A DNA stretch of 64,000 nucleotides from an uncultured bacterium (GTDB lineage Bacteria > SAR324 > NAC60-12). Both the position numbers and the translations under genes were made by a program. Each line of letters opens with the position of its first letter. Position 1 is the first letter of the stretch. The stretch spans positions 160,001 through 224,000 of the forward strand of contig CBFIGY010000002.1 of the NCBI GenBank assembly GCA_965662235.1. The letters are read 5' to 3'. Shown here in pieces: positions 49,651-59,397 of this stretch. The notes beneath the pieces are model-generated. The model ran no database searches, was not told the DNA's origin, and worked only from the letters and a program-made list of their open reading frames with translations.

Positions 49651-49679
49651 ATTATCAAACGAATTTACAGTTCTGTCAA
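49651..49679 (-). promoter_or_regulatory. sigma70 promoter for the SutA-like gene
   Basis: TTGACA-17 nt-GATAAT with an A/T-rich upstream tract. Confidence 0.7.
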
Positions 49680-49706
49680 TAAAAAAATCAAGGCCTCGAA
49701 TCGTCT

Positions 49707-50762
49707 TCAGTTCCGGTCCAGCGGATGCCGGAAGTGCGCTGGCGGAAACTCCTCCAGTCCAGAAATGTTGGGGTACTCCTTTTCCACCCACTCCAGGGGA
49801 TAGCCGTGCTTGAGACGTCCGACCTCTTCCAGGCGTTCCCAGTGCTCCGGAGGCAGGTTCCACTCTGCCACCGCTAGGGAATCCTGAACGTGTTCCACGG
49901 TCCGGGGGCCAATGATCACGGAGCTGATCCGTTTGTCTCCAAAGAGCCAAGCCAGCGCCACCTGTCCGGGTGTCTTGCCCACCACCCCAGCAATTTCCTT
50001 GAGCGCCTCCACTAGGTCGAAGGCCTGATCGCTGTAGTAACGGGGAATGTCCACATTCTTCCGAAAGGAGATGCGGGACCCCTCTGGAGGCTCCGCGTTC
50101 CGTTCGTACTTGCCACTCAGGAAGCCACTGGCCAGCGGGCTCCAGCAGAGCATGCCCAACCCCTGATCCGCACAGGCCGGAAGGATCTCGCGCTCAATGT
50201 CACGGCGAACGAGGTTGTAAAGGTGCTGGGCGCTGATGAGCCGCTGCCAGCCGTAACGTTCCGCAAGGGCGTTGGCCTTGACGATCTGCCACCCGTAGTA
50301 ATTGCTGCACCCGATGTAACGAACCTTCCCGTCACGGACTAGGTCATCAAGCGCCCGCATGGTTTCCTCCATGGGGGTAAACCAATCGGGGCCATGAATC
50401 TGATACAGGTCAATGTAATCCGTCCCCAGGCGCTTCAGGCTCGCTTCCAGGGCCTCCACAAGGTGCTTGCGGGAAACCCCCTTGGCGTTGGCTCCGGGGC
50501 CCATCCGAAACCAGCCCTTGGTGGCCACCACCAGGTCGTCCCGCCGGTGATGCGCTAGGGCCTTGCCCAGCATGGTTTCCGACATGCCGGCGCTGTACAT
50601 GTCCGCGGTATCCAGAAAGTTCCCGCCCTGCTCCACAAACCTGTCCACAATCTGACTGGCAGCGGCTTGGTCGCACCCCCAGTTCTTCATTCCAAAGGTC
50701 ATGGTGCCCAAGCAAATGCGCGAAACAAGGAGTCCTGAGCGTCCTAAGTACCGGTAGTGCAT
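49707..50762 (-). CDS. Aldo/keto reductase (Tas/aryl-alcohol dehydrogenase-like)
   Basis: 'LGRSGLLVSRICLGTMTFG', 'DTADMY', 'YIDLYQIH', 'WSPLASG'. Confidence 0.92.
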   Translation of the reverse strand: MHYRYLGRSGLLVSRICLGTMTFGMKNWGCDQAAASQIVDRFVEQGGNFLDTADMYSAGMSETMLGKALAHHRRDDLVVATKGWFRMGPGANAKGVSRKHLVEALEASLKRLGTDYIDLYQIHGPDWFTPMEETMRALDDLVRDGKVRYIGCSNYYGWQIVKANALAERYGWQRLISAQHLYNLVRRDIEREILPACADQGLGMLCWSPLASGFLSGKYERNAEPPEGSRISFRKNVDIPRYYSDQAFDLVEALKEIAGVVGKTPGQVALAWLFGDKRISSVIIGPRTVEHVQDSLAVAEWNLPPEHWERLEEVGRLKHGYPLEWVEKEYPNISGLEEFPPAHFRHPLDRN

Positions 50763-50987
50763 GATGCGGCCTGTCTTCCAACGTTATCGAGTTCAGCAAA
50801 GGTGTGCTGCAGTGAGATGAACGCAGGATGCCGAAGACCGGGACAGAGGTCAATCTTTCATTTTCTGGCTGCAATTTCAGAGAAAATACCTTTAATTGGA
50901 ATTTTTCTCCAGCGGACCCTTGATCTTTTCCTGAAAAACCGACACTTTTTGTCAAAATTGAAACTTCCTCTGGCCACTGAGGTGCCT

Positions 50988-52532
50988 ATGTTTCCCCCTC
51001 TTTCTGCTGACCGCTTCTCCGACGAACCCAAGGCGTCCGGAGACTTTGTGGGCTCCGAGATCGCTCGGTTGGGCAAGAAGCGTCCTTCCCTGAAGACGCT
51101 CTTCTCATTGATTGAGTTCTCCGGGACGCCTGTGATGGTCACCCGCCTGCACGATGGTCAGGTGCTCTATGCCAACGAAGCGATGGGGGAGTTGGCTCAG
51201 ACAACGTCTGCAGAACTGGTGGGGCAGCTGGCGCCCAACCTCTATCAGCGGGCTGAAGACCGCCAGCAACTGCTTGAGAAGCTTCAGGCGGAGGGCCGGT
51301 TTCGCAACTACCGGATTGACGTGCGGGGGCTTCAGGGGCGCGAGTTTACCGTCCTCTGCAACGCCGAGCGGATTGACCTCTTTGGCGAGGAGGCCATTCT
51401 CAACACCTACGTTGACATCAGCGAAGTCCAGCGTGAGCTGTTCCGTCAGCAGCAGTTTCACCTGCTGGCAGCGTCGTTCCTCGGAATCGGCTATGGCGTC
51501 TACGACGTCCAGAGTGGCCAGATGACCATTGATGAGAGCGTCCGGGAGATGCTGGAGTTGGGGGCTGAAGAGGTTTTTTCGGTGGAGCACTTCCTGGAGC
51601 GGATGCCTGAGGCCAACCGGGAGTTTGCTTCCCGACGCATTGAGCAGACCCTGGAACGGCTGATGTCCGGAAAGTTTACCCGAGAGGAGTACCTGCTTCA
51701 CCTTCCCAGTGGCACGCAGCGCATCATCCGCATCAGCTCCCTGCCCGTTGAGGACACTGAGCCTTGGATTGTCCACTTCTTCCAAGACATCACGGACCGT
51801 GAGTTCACACGCCGCAAGGCCCGTCAGAAGGACCGCCTCGCCTCGCTGGGGCAGTTCACGGCAGAGATTGTTCACGACCTGCGCTCTCCGCTGGCCACCC
51901 TTTCGCTGAACACGGAGGCTCTGTATCGGCTGGCCAGGCAGGCTTCTCCCACCAAGGCCCAGTGGCTCTATGAGAACTCACAGCAGTCGGTGCAGCGCGC
52001 GGCCAAGCTGCTGAACCGCACCCTTGAGCAGACCCGACAGGGGGAAAACATGGCCTCGGTGAAACTGAGTGCCGAAGTGGATCGGGTGCTGGAATTCCTC
52101 CAGACCTTCTTGATGAAGCGGCGCATCCCGATTCAACGGCACCTGGAGAACATTACAGAGGCCGAAGAGCCCGAACTGCAGGTCAATCCCGTTTTGCTGC
52201 AGCAGTGCCTGCAGAACCTGATCACCAACGCGGTTCAGGCAACCATTCCGGTGATCAACTCCGGCACCGCCCCAGAGAAGGCGCCCATTGATCTGGTGCT
52301 GACGCTCAAAAAGGGCTTCATGAAGCTGGAGGTGCTGGACTGCGGCGTTGGCATTGAGGAACAGGACCTGCCGCACATCTTTGATGAGTTCTACACCACA
52401 CGCTCAGACGGCAACGGCATCGGGCTGCCCCTCTCCCGGAGGATCGCAGAGGAGCACGGAGGTTACCTGGAAGCCCTCAACCGGGCAGATCGCACGGGCG
52501 CCCGCCTGGTCCTCCAACTTCCTATCGACTGA
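50988..52532 (+). CDS. Cytoplasmic PAS-domain sensor histidine kinase (orphan)
   Basis: Two PAS-like regions, H-box 'HDLRSPL', N-box 'NLITNA', G boxes 'DCGVGI', 'FYTT', 'GIGL'. Confidence 0.9.
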   Translation: MFPPLSADRFSDEPKASGDFVGSEIARLGKKRPSLKTLFSLIEFSGTPVMVTRLHDGQVLYANEAMGELAQTTSAELVGQLAPNLYQRAEDRQQLLEKLQAEGRFRNYRIDVRGLQGREFTVLCNAERIDLFGEEAILNTYVDISEVQRELFRQQQFHLLAASFLGIGYGVYDVQSGQMTIDESVREMLELGAEEVFSVEHFLERMPEANREFASRRIEQTLERLMSGKFTREEYLLHLPSGTQRIIRISSLPVEDTEPWIVHFFQDITDREFTRRKARQKDRLASLGQFTAEIVHDLRSPLATLSLNTEALYRLARQASPTKAQWLYENSQQSVQRAAKLLNRTLEQTRQGENMASVKLSAEVDRVLEFLQTFLMKRRIPIQRHLENITEAEEPELQVNPVLLQQCLQNLITNAVQATIPVINSGTAPEKAPIDLVLTLKKGFMKLEVLDCGVGIEEQDLPHIFDEFYTTRSDGNGIGLPLSRRIAEEHGGYLEALNRADRTGARLVLQLPID

Positions 52533-52568
52533 AGCCACGTGTCCGGACGCTGTGGTCCGGACGTCAGC

Positions 52569-53411
52569 TTACTCTCCCTTCACAAAACGCTGAAACGCCT
52601 CGGCATGGTCCGGATGCCAACGAGAGAGCGGAGGACGGTTCTCAATCAGGTCGCCCATCGCCCAGGCCATCCGCTTTTCATCCAGCTCACGGGTGACTTC
52701 GTTGTCAGGACAGAGGATGTAGAAGTCCCCCTCATCCAGGCGCTCAAAGAGGAACTCGGCGGTCTGTTCCGGAGTCCACGCACCAGCGGGTTTTTCCGTC
52801 CGGTCGTGTCGCGTGAGGTCGGTAAAGACAAACCCGGGAATGAGCAGATGGGCGGTGAGCTGATGCCGAGCGGTGTTGCGCAGCTCGTACGCCAGCGCCT
52901 CGGTAAAGGTCTTCACACCGCTCTTACTGACGTTGTAGGCCGGGTCACCAGGAGGCGTGGTGATGCCCTGCTTCGACCCCGTGTTGATGACCAGCCCCGG
53001 CCGAGCCCGCTCGATCATGCGGGGAAGGAAGACCTGGGTGCCGTGGACCATGCCTCCCAAGTTGACCGCAAGGATGCGGACCCAGTTTTCCGGATCCTCG
53101 AGCAGTGTGCTTCCGGGCTGAATGCCAGCGTTGTTCATGAGGATGTCGGTGCCGCCCCACTTTTCGGCAACCTCCACCTCTAGGTCAATCAACGCGTTGC
53201 GGTTTGACACATCAAGCGTTCGGGCTAGGACGTCTGCCGCACCGGCTTCCCGTACCTGCGCCGCTGCCGCCTCAAGCTCAGGGGCCCGGATATCCACGAG
53301 GACAATCCTCATCTGCAGGGCGGCCAGCTTCATGGCGGTGGCCAGTCCAATGCCGGAAGCGCCTCCGGTAATCACCGCGACCGAGTGCTCGGTAAGGGCG
53401 GGATGCTTCAT
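52569..53411 (-). CDS. Short-chain dehydrogenase/reductase
   Basis: 'TGGASGIG', 'NNAG', catalytic 'YNVSK'. Confidence 0.93.
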   Translation of the reverse strand: MKHPALTEHSVAVITGGASGIGLATAMKLAALQMRIVLVDIRAPELEAAAAQVREAGAADVLARTLDVSNRNALIDLEVEVAEKWGGTDILMNNAGIQPGSTLLEDPENWVRILAVNLGGMVHGTQVFLPRMIERARPGLVINTGSKQGITTPPGDPAYNVSKSGVKTFTEALAYELRNTARHQLTAHLLIPGFVFTDLTRHDRTEKPAGAWTPEQTAEFLFERLDEGDFYILCPDNEVTRELDEKRMAWAMGDLIENRPPLSRWHPDHAEAFQRFVKGE

Positions 53412-53470
53412 GGTTGAGTCTCCTTCTGAGGTGAAAACAGAGAGCGGAACCCGTGGGTTCCAGAGGCCAT

Positions 53471-54082
53471 TCAGAGGGTTCGTAAGCAGTACACCACTCT
53501 ACCAATGACCGAGATCGGTGTGCTGGTGGAAGCGTCAAAGACCATCTCCTGGTAAGCCGGATTCTCAGAGATCACCCGGAGGGTCTGAGTGTCGGCCTTC
53601 CACTGCGTTTTCTTGAAAAAGACCATGCCGTCCACATTGAGGACGTAGTAACCATCTCCGGGCTTGTGCTTGGTGTGATCGAGGATGATCAGGTCACCAG
53701 AACGGGCAACCGGCTCCATCGAGTCCCCTTCAATCCGCAAACCTGAAAGCGACTGCGGGGCCACCCGGAGCTTCTGCTCAATCCAAGCGCTCGGCAGAGG
53801 AACCTGCTCCACCACGGCACACTGGTCTAGGTTGAAGGCGCCACTTCCGGCAGACGCGGTGACCTCATAGATCGGGATCATCCGGATGGCATCAGCCTCG
53901 TCCCGCATCTGCGCCGGCCCATAGAGCAGTTGCTCCAGGAGCAGCGATGTCGCCTTGTCGATCGGCGCCCGGCCATTCATCCAGCGACTGATCGTCACCC
54001 GGTTCCGGCCAATGCGCTGCGCCAGTTCATCCTGGGTCCAGCTGAGTTCAATCAGACGCTTCTTGATCTGTTCCGGTTGCAT
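53471..54082 (-). CDS. XRE HTH + S24 peptidase (CI/LexA-like) repressor
   Basis: HTH 'WTQDELAQRIG..RVTISRW..G', Ala-Gly cleavage site 'SAGSG', catalytic 'GDSMEP' and 'FKK', 'SENPAY'. Confidence 0.9.
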   Translation of the reverse strand: MQPEQIKKRLIELSWTQDELAQRIGRNRVTISRWMNGRAPIDKATSLLLEQLLYGPAQMRDEADAIRMIPIYEVTASAGSGAFNLDQCAVVEQVPLPSAWIEQKLRVAPQSLSGLRIEGDSMEPVARSGDLIILDHTKHKPGDGYYVLNVDGMVFFKKTQWKADTQTLRVISENPAYQEMVFDASTSTPISVIGRVVYCLRTL

Positions 54083-54104
54083 TCCCGTTCCGTAAATTAT
54101 CGTA

Positions 54105-54133
54105 TTGACTCAATGTAGCCTTAAAGCTACAGT
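54105..54133 (+). promoter_or_regulatory. sigma70 promoter with palindromic operator
   Basis: TTGACT-17 nt-TACAGT overlapped by the perfect dyad TGTAGC-CTTAAA-GCTACA (54114-54131). Confidence 0.7.
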
Positions 54134-54281
54134 AACGTCACTTTTTGCTTCATCGCCGATCAATCTACCACAGATCCGAGGGAGCACAAGCACAACGGTG
54201 CCGTCCGGAGCCGATGCGCCAACTGGCCGCTGGCCTCAGTTCGAAAATCGTTTCGTGGAAGACTCGACCCAAAAGGACCCA

Positions 54282-54431
54282 ATGATTCGCAGTGAAGTTA
54301 TTGTACGAGCGCTGAGAGAAAGCCGCAACCAACGGAATCACTTGGCAGAAGTTGGACGTGCCCCCGGGCTGAAGGGCTGGTGGCTGCGTTTGATCTACTC
54401 TCGTCGCTTGAGCACGTTGGAGCTTCCCTGA
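54282..54431 (+). CDS. Small basic hypothetical protein (49 aa) divergent from the repressor
   Basis: AAAAGGA RBS then ATG; MIRSEVIVRALRESRNQRNHLAEVGRAPGLKGWWLRLIYSRRLSTLELP. Confidence 0.5.
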   Translation: MIRSEVIVRALRESRNQRNHLAEVGRAPGLKGWWLRLIYSRRLSTLELP

Positions 54432-54649
54432 GCGACGTGGCTTCATTGGCCTGACCGCCTGACGGTGAGGCCTTCCTTCCTCCTTTTCTCTTTCCTCACA
54501 AGCCCTCCCGCGGGCGGGTTTCCCATAGGCCTCTTCCGGAAAATCTGCTAACCTGTTGCCCTGCATCAAATCGCTCCAGCTCCCCGTTTCCTCGGATTCC
54601 GCCGCACGTGCCGAGGGCTTTCAAGGAGCGGCAACACGAAGAGGCCCCT

Positions 54650-55495
54650 GTGACTGACATCATCCAACCCTTCTGGGCTGATCACTCCACGACTCTGGTG
54701 AGCGTGGGCTACAAAGCACTCCTGAGCCTGATCATTCTGGCCGTCAGTCTGCTGGTGGGAAAGGGCGTCAAGCAGGTCATCCTCCGGACCAGTCACCGCT
54801 TGGCGAAGGTGGATGCGACGCTGGTGCCCGTACTCTGCACCACAGCAGCGTATGCGGTTTACACGATCGGTGCTGTCTTCATCCTCGACATTTTCGGCGT
54901 CAACACAGCCAGCATCATCACCCTCCTGGGAGCCGCTGGTCTTGCCATTGGCCTGGCTCTGAAGGACACCCTGAGCAACATCGCTGCCGGCATCATGCTG
55001 CTGCTGCTGCGCCCCTTCCGGGCTGGAGACTTTGTGGAGTGTGGTTCCATCACAGGGTCCGTGGCCGAAATCAACCTCTTCACCACCATCCTAGAGACCG
55101 CAGACGGCCTCTACGTGGCGTCTCCCAACAGCCTCGTCTGGGGCAACACCATCACCAACTTTACCCGGAATGGCAAGCGACGCATGGACCTTGTGGTAGG
55201 AATCGCCTATTCCGATTCCATTGAGGCCGGACTCGCTGTGCTCCGGCACATTGCTGAAACGGAGCCTCGCTTCCTGAAGGAACCCGCCCCACAGGTGATG
55301 GTGCTTTCTCTGGGAGACAGTTCCGTGAATCTGCAGCTCAGGGGATGGGCCACTACGGAGGACTACTGGAAGGCGTTCTGGGACCTGAACCAACGGGTCA
55401 AGGAGGAGATTGAACAGGCCGGGCTGACCATTCCGTTTCCGCAACGAGACCTGCACCTCCCTGCCGGCGTACTGCCCGGAGCCCCCCGGACGTGA
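54650..55495 (+). CDS. mscS: Small-conductance mechanosensitive channel
   Basis: 'GAAGLAIGLALKDTLSNIAAG', 'RPFRAGD', 'IPFPQR'. Confidence 0.93.
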   Translation: MTDIIQPFWADHSTTLVSVGYKALLSLIILAVSLLVGKGVKQVILRTSHRLAKVDATLVPVLCTTAAYAVYTIGAVFILDIFGVNTASIITLLGAAGLAIGLALKDTLSNIAAGIMLLLLRPFRAGDFVECGSITGSVAEINLFTTILETADGLYVASPNSLVWGNTITNFTRNGKRRMDLVVGIAYSDSIEAGLAVLRHIAETEPRFLKEPAPQVMVLSLGDSSVNLQLRGWATTEDYWKAFWDLNQRVKEEIEQAGLTIPFPQRDLHLPAGVLPGAPRT

Positions 55496-55563
55496 TGAAG
55501 CCGCTGCTCCAGAATCCGGTTACGACTCTTATCGCTTGAAGAGAGGCCGCTTTGAAAGGCGTG

Positions 55564-56907
55564 CTAGGCCCGCGAGGTTTGTTCAGGAAGGATGCCCCGG
55601 GGGCTGAAACGGAGGACCAGCAGCAGCAGCAGGCCCATGACCACCATCCGCATGTGCGGAGCCGCATCCAGCAGATGCTGCCGAAGGGGGTTGTCGTCAC
55701 TGAGAGTTCCTGCCAAACCTCCCATGGCCCAAAGGCCGACGGGCTCCGCCTCCACCCAGAAGAACCAGGTGATGAAGCCACCGATGACAGCACCCAGGTT
55801 GGAGCCCCCTCCCCCAATGATCACCATGACCCAGATCAGGAAGGTGTAACGGAGCGGGTTGTAACCTCCGGGGGTGAACTGTCCATCCAGCGTGGTCAGC
55901 ATCGCACCGGCAATGCCAATCACCGCAGAGCCAATGATGAACACTTCCCGGTGCCGACGCACCACGTCCTTCCCCATCGCGGAGGCCGCCACTTCGTTGT
56001 CCCGGATGGCCCGCATCATTCGCCCCCACGGCGAGTTCAAAGCCCGTACGGCCAACCCGAGGATCGCCAGCAGCACCACTAGGAACAGTCCGGAGTAGCA
56101 GAGTTTCACAAAGACACCGGAGGCCGTGACCAGCGCCTCTGAAAGCACCTCCGGGTCCTCGATGCCCTGCCACCAAGCGACTAGGCTGGCAAACCACTCT
56201 GCCTGCTGCAGATCCAGTTCATACGGCACCGGACGATCCAGGCCGGAGACGTTCTTCACGCCGCGGGTCAACCAGTCTTCGTTTTTCAGAACCGAGATGA
56301 CAATCTCTGAAATGCCGAGGGTGGCGATGGCAAAGTAGTCAGAACGAAGGCCCAGCGCAATTCGTCCCACCAGCCAAGCAAGCGCGGCCGCCGTCAGTCC
56401 TCCAGCCAGCCAGGAGGTCAGGATCGGGAGACCAAGCCCTCCCAGGAATCCGGTTTTCCCCGGGTCCACCCGTTCAATGGCCCGGACGGCTTCATCAAAA
56501 AAACTGCGGATGAACCAAAGTCCCAACAGGAGAACCACGGTCACACCCAAGTTCCGGAGCCTTCCCGCTGGAAACGAACGACGAACCAGCCAGACTCCCA
56601 AAATCGTTCCCAGCACCCCGATGACACTGAGGGCCAAACCCGTGGCTCCCACCGACCATGCCTCGCCAACCGGAGAGTAGGAAACCAGCACGGCCGTTGC
56701 TCCTCCAACCGCGGTTGAAGCCATCACTCCGGCATTAAAGAGTCCGGCGTAGCCCCACTGGATGTTCAGGCCCAACGCCATCAACGCCGAGATGAAGCAG
56801 AGGTTCAAGATGGCCAGCGCGACGTTCCAGGATTGCCCCACGCCTACCCAGAGCAGCAGCAGGCCCATGATGAAAAAGCTCAACCAGGCCCGGACGGAGT
56901 AACTCAC
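55564..56907 (-). CDS. livM: Branched-chain amino acid ABC permease (LivM)
   Basis: 'ALGLNIQWGYAGLFN', 'LRSDYFAIATLG', 'SPWGRMMRAIRDNE'; GTG start overlaps the livH stop. Confidence 0.9.
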   Translation of the reverse strand: MSYSVRAWLSFFIMGLLLLWVGVGQSWNVALAILNLCFISALMALGLNIQWGYAGLFNAGVMASTAVGGATAVLVSYSPVGEAWSVGATGLALSVIGVLGTILGVWLVRRSFPAGRLRNLGVTVVLLLGLWFIRSFFDEAVRAIERVDPGKTGFLGGLGLPILTSWLAGGLTAAALAWLVGRIALGLRSDYFAIATLGISEIVISVLKNEDWLTRGVKNVSGLDRPVPYELDLQQAEWFASLVAWWQGIEDPEVLSEALVTASGVFVKLCYSGLFLVVLLAILGLAVRALNSPWGRMMRAIRDNEVAASAMGKDVVRRHREVFIIGSAVIGIAGAMLTTLDGQFTPGGYNPLRYTFLIWVMVIIGGGGSNLGAVIGGFITWFFWVEAEPVGLWAMGGLAGTLSDDNPLRQHLLDAAPHMRMVVMGLLLLLVLRFSPRGILPEQTSRA

Positions 56908-57914
56908 AGAACCCTCCCACGCAGCAGCCCTGTGGGACGGACCAGCAGGACCACCACCAGGATGATGAAGGAGACCGCAAACTTGTACTCGGTCGAAAGG
57001 AACTGCACGAGGCCTTCCGGAGCCCATGCTTCTGGGACAAGGTAGCCAAGGAATTTCTTGTACGCGTAAGTGGCCATCACCTCAGAGAATGCCACAATGA
57101 ATCCTCCTAAGATCGCCCCAATCGGTTCCCCAATGCCGCCAACAATGGCCGCCGCAAAGATCGGGAGCAGGAGGTGGAAGTACACCAGCGGCTTGTAGCT
57201 CTTGTCTAGGCCGTACAGCACGGCAGCTAGGGTGGCCAGCACCGAGGCGATCGCCCAGGCGGTCAGGACCACACGTTCCGGGTTGATGCCAGAAAGCAGG
57301 GCTAGGTCCTCATTGTCCGAAAAGGCTCGCATCGCCTGCCCCATCCGGGTCTTCTGCAGAAACCAGAACAGCGCCAGCACTGCCACCAGAGCCAAGAGGA
57401 CCGTGATCACCTGATTCTGCTTGATCACCAACGCCTCGCCCAGCCCGGTCATCTGCTTGAACTCCCGGGCCTTGATGAGGAACTTGTTGCCATCAGAGAA
57501 GACGATCTCATCGGTTCCAATGAAGAGCCGAACGAGTCCGTTCATGACAAACATCACCCCCACTGAGGCAATGACGAGAATGACAGGCTTGGCCTTGCGC
57601 TGGCGGTAGAAGCGAAACACGGAGCGTTCCACCCCAAGGGAAAAGAGAACCGTTGCGCCCATTCCCACCGGAAGCGCAAGCAGCGCTGTCGGAAGTGGGT
57701 CGATGCTCCAGCCCAGGGACTGAAACCACCAGGTGACGTAGATGGTAATCATTCCTCCGAAGGCCATCAGTTCGCCGTGCGCAAAGTTGGCAAAACGGAG
57801 GATGCCAAAGATGAGGGTGACGCCTACGGCGCCTAAGGCAAGCTGTGCCCCGTAGGAAAGAGCAGGGATGAAGACGAAGTTGGCAAACAGCACCACGGCG
57901 TTGAGGATTTCCAT
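56904..57914 (-). CDS. livH: Branched-chain amino acid ABC permease (LivH)
   Basis: 'GVTLIFGILRFANFAHG', 'GQAMRA..DN..LA.LSGI', 'RPTGL'. Confidence 0.9.
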   Translation of the reverse strand: MEILNAVVLFANFVFIPALSYGAQLALGAVGVTLIFGILRFANFAHGELMAFGGMITIYVTWWFQSLGWSIDPLPTALLALPVGMGATVLFSLGVERSVFRFYRQRKAKPVILVIASVGVMFVMNGLVRLFIGTDEIVFSDGNKFLIKAREFKQMTGLGEALVIKQNQVITVLLALVAVLALFWFLQKTRMGQAMRAFSDNEDLALLSGINPERVVLTAWAIASVLATLAAVLYGLDKSYKPLVYFHLLLPIFAAAIVGGIGEPIGAILGGFIVAFSEVMATYAYKKFLGYLVPEAWAPEGLVQFLSTEYKFAVSFIILVVVLLVRPTGLLRGRVL

Positions 57915-58618
57915 TACCCTCCCAAAAAGGTACGGCGGACCTCCGGATCAGCGAGCAAGGCGGCGCCGGTGTCCGTGAAGCGGTTTTCTCCGGTGACCAA
58001 CACGTAGCCACGGTCCGCAATTTCCAGGGCCTGCCGGGCGTTCTGTTCCACCATGAGGACGGCGATTCCGGCCTGCTTGACCTCGAGGATGCGGTCGAAG
58101 AGCTCATCCATGACAATTGGCGACACGCCAGCCGTTGGTTCATCCAACAGCAGCACCTGCGGACGGGTCATGAGTGCACGCCCCACGGCCACCTGCTGAC
58201 GCTGTCCTCCGGAAAGCTCACCGGCAGGCTGCTGCTGCTTCTCCCGGAGAATCGGGAAGAGGCCATACACCTGTTCCATCGTTTCCTCAATGCCGTCTCG
58301 ACGTAGGTGGGCGCCGATCCTCAGGTTTTCTTCAACGGTCATGGAGGGGAACACATTCTGAGTCTGGGGGACAAACGCGAGCCCATGCTTCACTCGCTCT
58401 TGCGGCGTGAGGTGGCTGATGTCGGTTCCGTTGAGCCGCACCTGCCCCTTGCGCAGCTTCAGCAGTCCCAGCAGGGCCTTCATCGCGGTGGACTTCCCGG
58501 CGCCGTTGGGTCCCACAATGACGGCAACCTCGCCCTGATCGACACCAACGGTGCAGCCGTTGAGGATGTCTGCGGCGCCATAACCGCCGACCATTGCTTC
58601 TCCAATCAGGAAGCTCAT
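57914..58618 (-). CDS. livF: ABC ATP-binding protein (LivF)
   Basis: GPNGAGKST, LSGGQRQ, LLLDEP, 'VEQNA'. Confidence 0.92.
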   Translation of the reverse strand: MSFLIGEAMVGGYGAADILNGCTVGVDQGEVAVIVGPNGAGKSTAMKALLGLLKLRKGQVRLNGTDISHLTPQERVKHGLAFVPQTQNVFPSMTVEENLRIGAHLRRDGIEETMEQVYGLFPILREKQQQPAGELSGGQRQQVAVGRALMTRPQVLLLDEPTAGVSPIVMDELFDRILEVKQAGIAVLMVEQNARQALEIADRGYVLVTGENRFTDTGAALLADPEVRRTFLGG

Positions 58619-59397
58619 GCGGGCTCCTTGGGCTTGTTCTTCAATCCCGTCCCCAAGTAGGCTTCGATCACGTCTTCGTTGTTCCGGACCTCGGTGGGGG
58701 TACCTTGTGTGAGGACCTTGCCTTCTGCCATGACCACCACCGGATTGCAGAGCCGACTGATGAAGTCGATGTCGTGCTCAATCATGCAAAACGTGTAGCC
58801 CCGCTCCTGGTTGAGCTTGAGGATCGCGTCTCCAATCTCATTGAGTAGGGTCCGGTTGACGCCGGCGCCGACTTCGTCCAGCACCACCATCTTGGCATCG
58901 ACCATCATCGTCCGTCCTAGCTCAAGCAGTTTTTTTTGTCCGCCTGAAAGGTTCCCGGCCAGTTCGTGGGCCACGTGATTGAGGTTGAGAAACTCAATGA
59001 CCTCCTCGGCACGTTGCTGCAGTTTTTTCTCCTGCTGCGCCACCTCCTGACGCTGGAACCAGGCTCCGAGGAGGCTTTCCCCGCGCTGTCCTGCCGGCAC
59101 CATCATCAGGTTGTCCAGCACACTGAGGGTGTGGAATTCGTGGGCGATCTGGAAGGTCCGGAGGAGGCCTTTGGAGAACAACTGGTGGGCTTGGAGGCCG
59201 GTAACGTCTTCCCCGTCGAGGAAGATCGAGCCGCTGGTGGGCGGGGTGGCTCCAGCAATCAGGTTGAAGAGGGTCGTCTTGCCGGCGCCGTTGGGGCCAA
59301 TGAGCCCCGTGATGCTGCCGGTTTCAATGGTGAGGGTCACCCCACTGACCGCGTGGACTCCGCCGAAGCGCTTGGTAACGTTTTGGACCGAGATCAC
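58615..59397 (-). CDS. livG: ABC ATP-binding protein (LivG)
   Basis: GPNGAGKTT, 'RTFQ', LSGGQKK, 'VIEAYLG'. Confidence 0.92.
   Translation of the reverse strand: MISVQNVTKRFGGVHAVSGVTLTIETGSITGLIGPNGAGKTTLFNLIAGATPPTSGSIFLDGEDVTGLQAHQLFSKGLLRTFQIAHEFHTLSVLDNLMMVPAGQRGESLLGAWFQRQEVAQQEKKLQQRAEEVIEFLNLNHVAHELAGNLSGGQKKLLELGRTMMVDAKMVVLDEVGAGVNRTLLNEIGDAILKLNQERGYTFCMIEHDIDFISRLCNPVVVMAEGKVLTQGTPTEVRNNEDVIEAYLGTGLKNKPKEPA

Noticed and set aside
53471..54431. Prophage call based on the CI-like repressor
   Set aside because: No integrase, structural, replication or att features; flanks are ordinary host genes
55529..55555. TCAA-N15-AGCGATAA as a sigma28 promoter
   Set aside because: Three mismatches and it would fire antisense into mscS; not supportable
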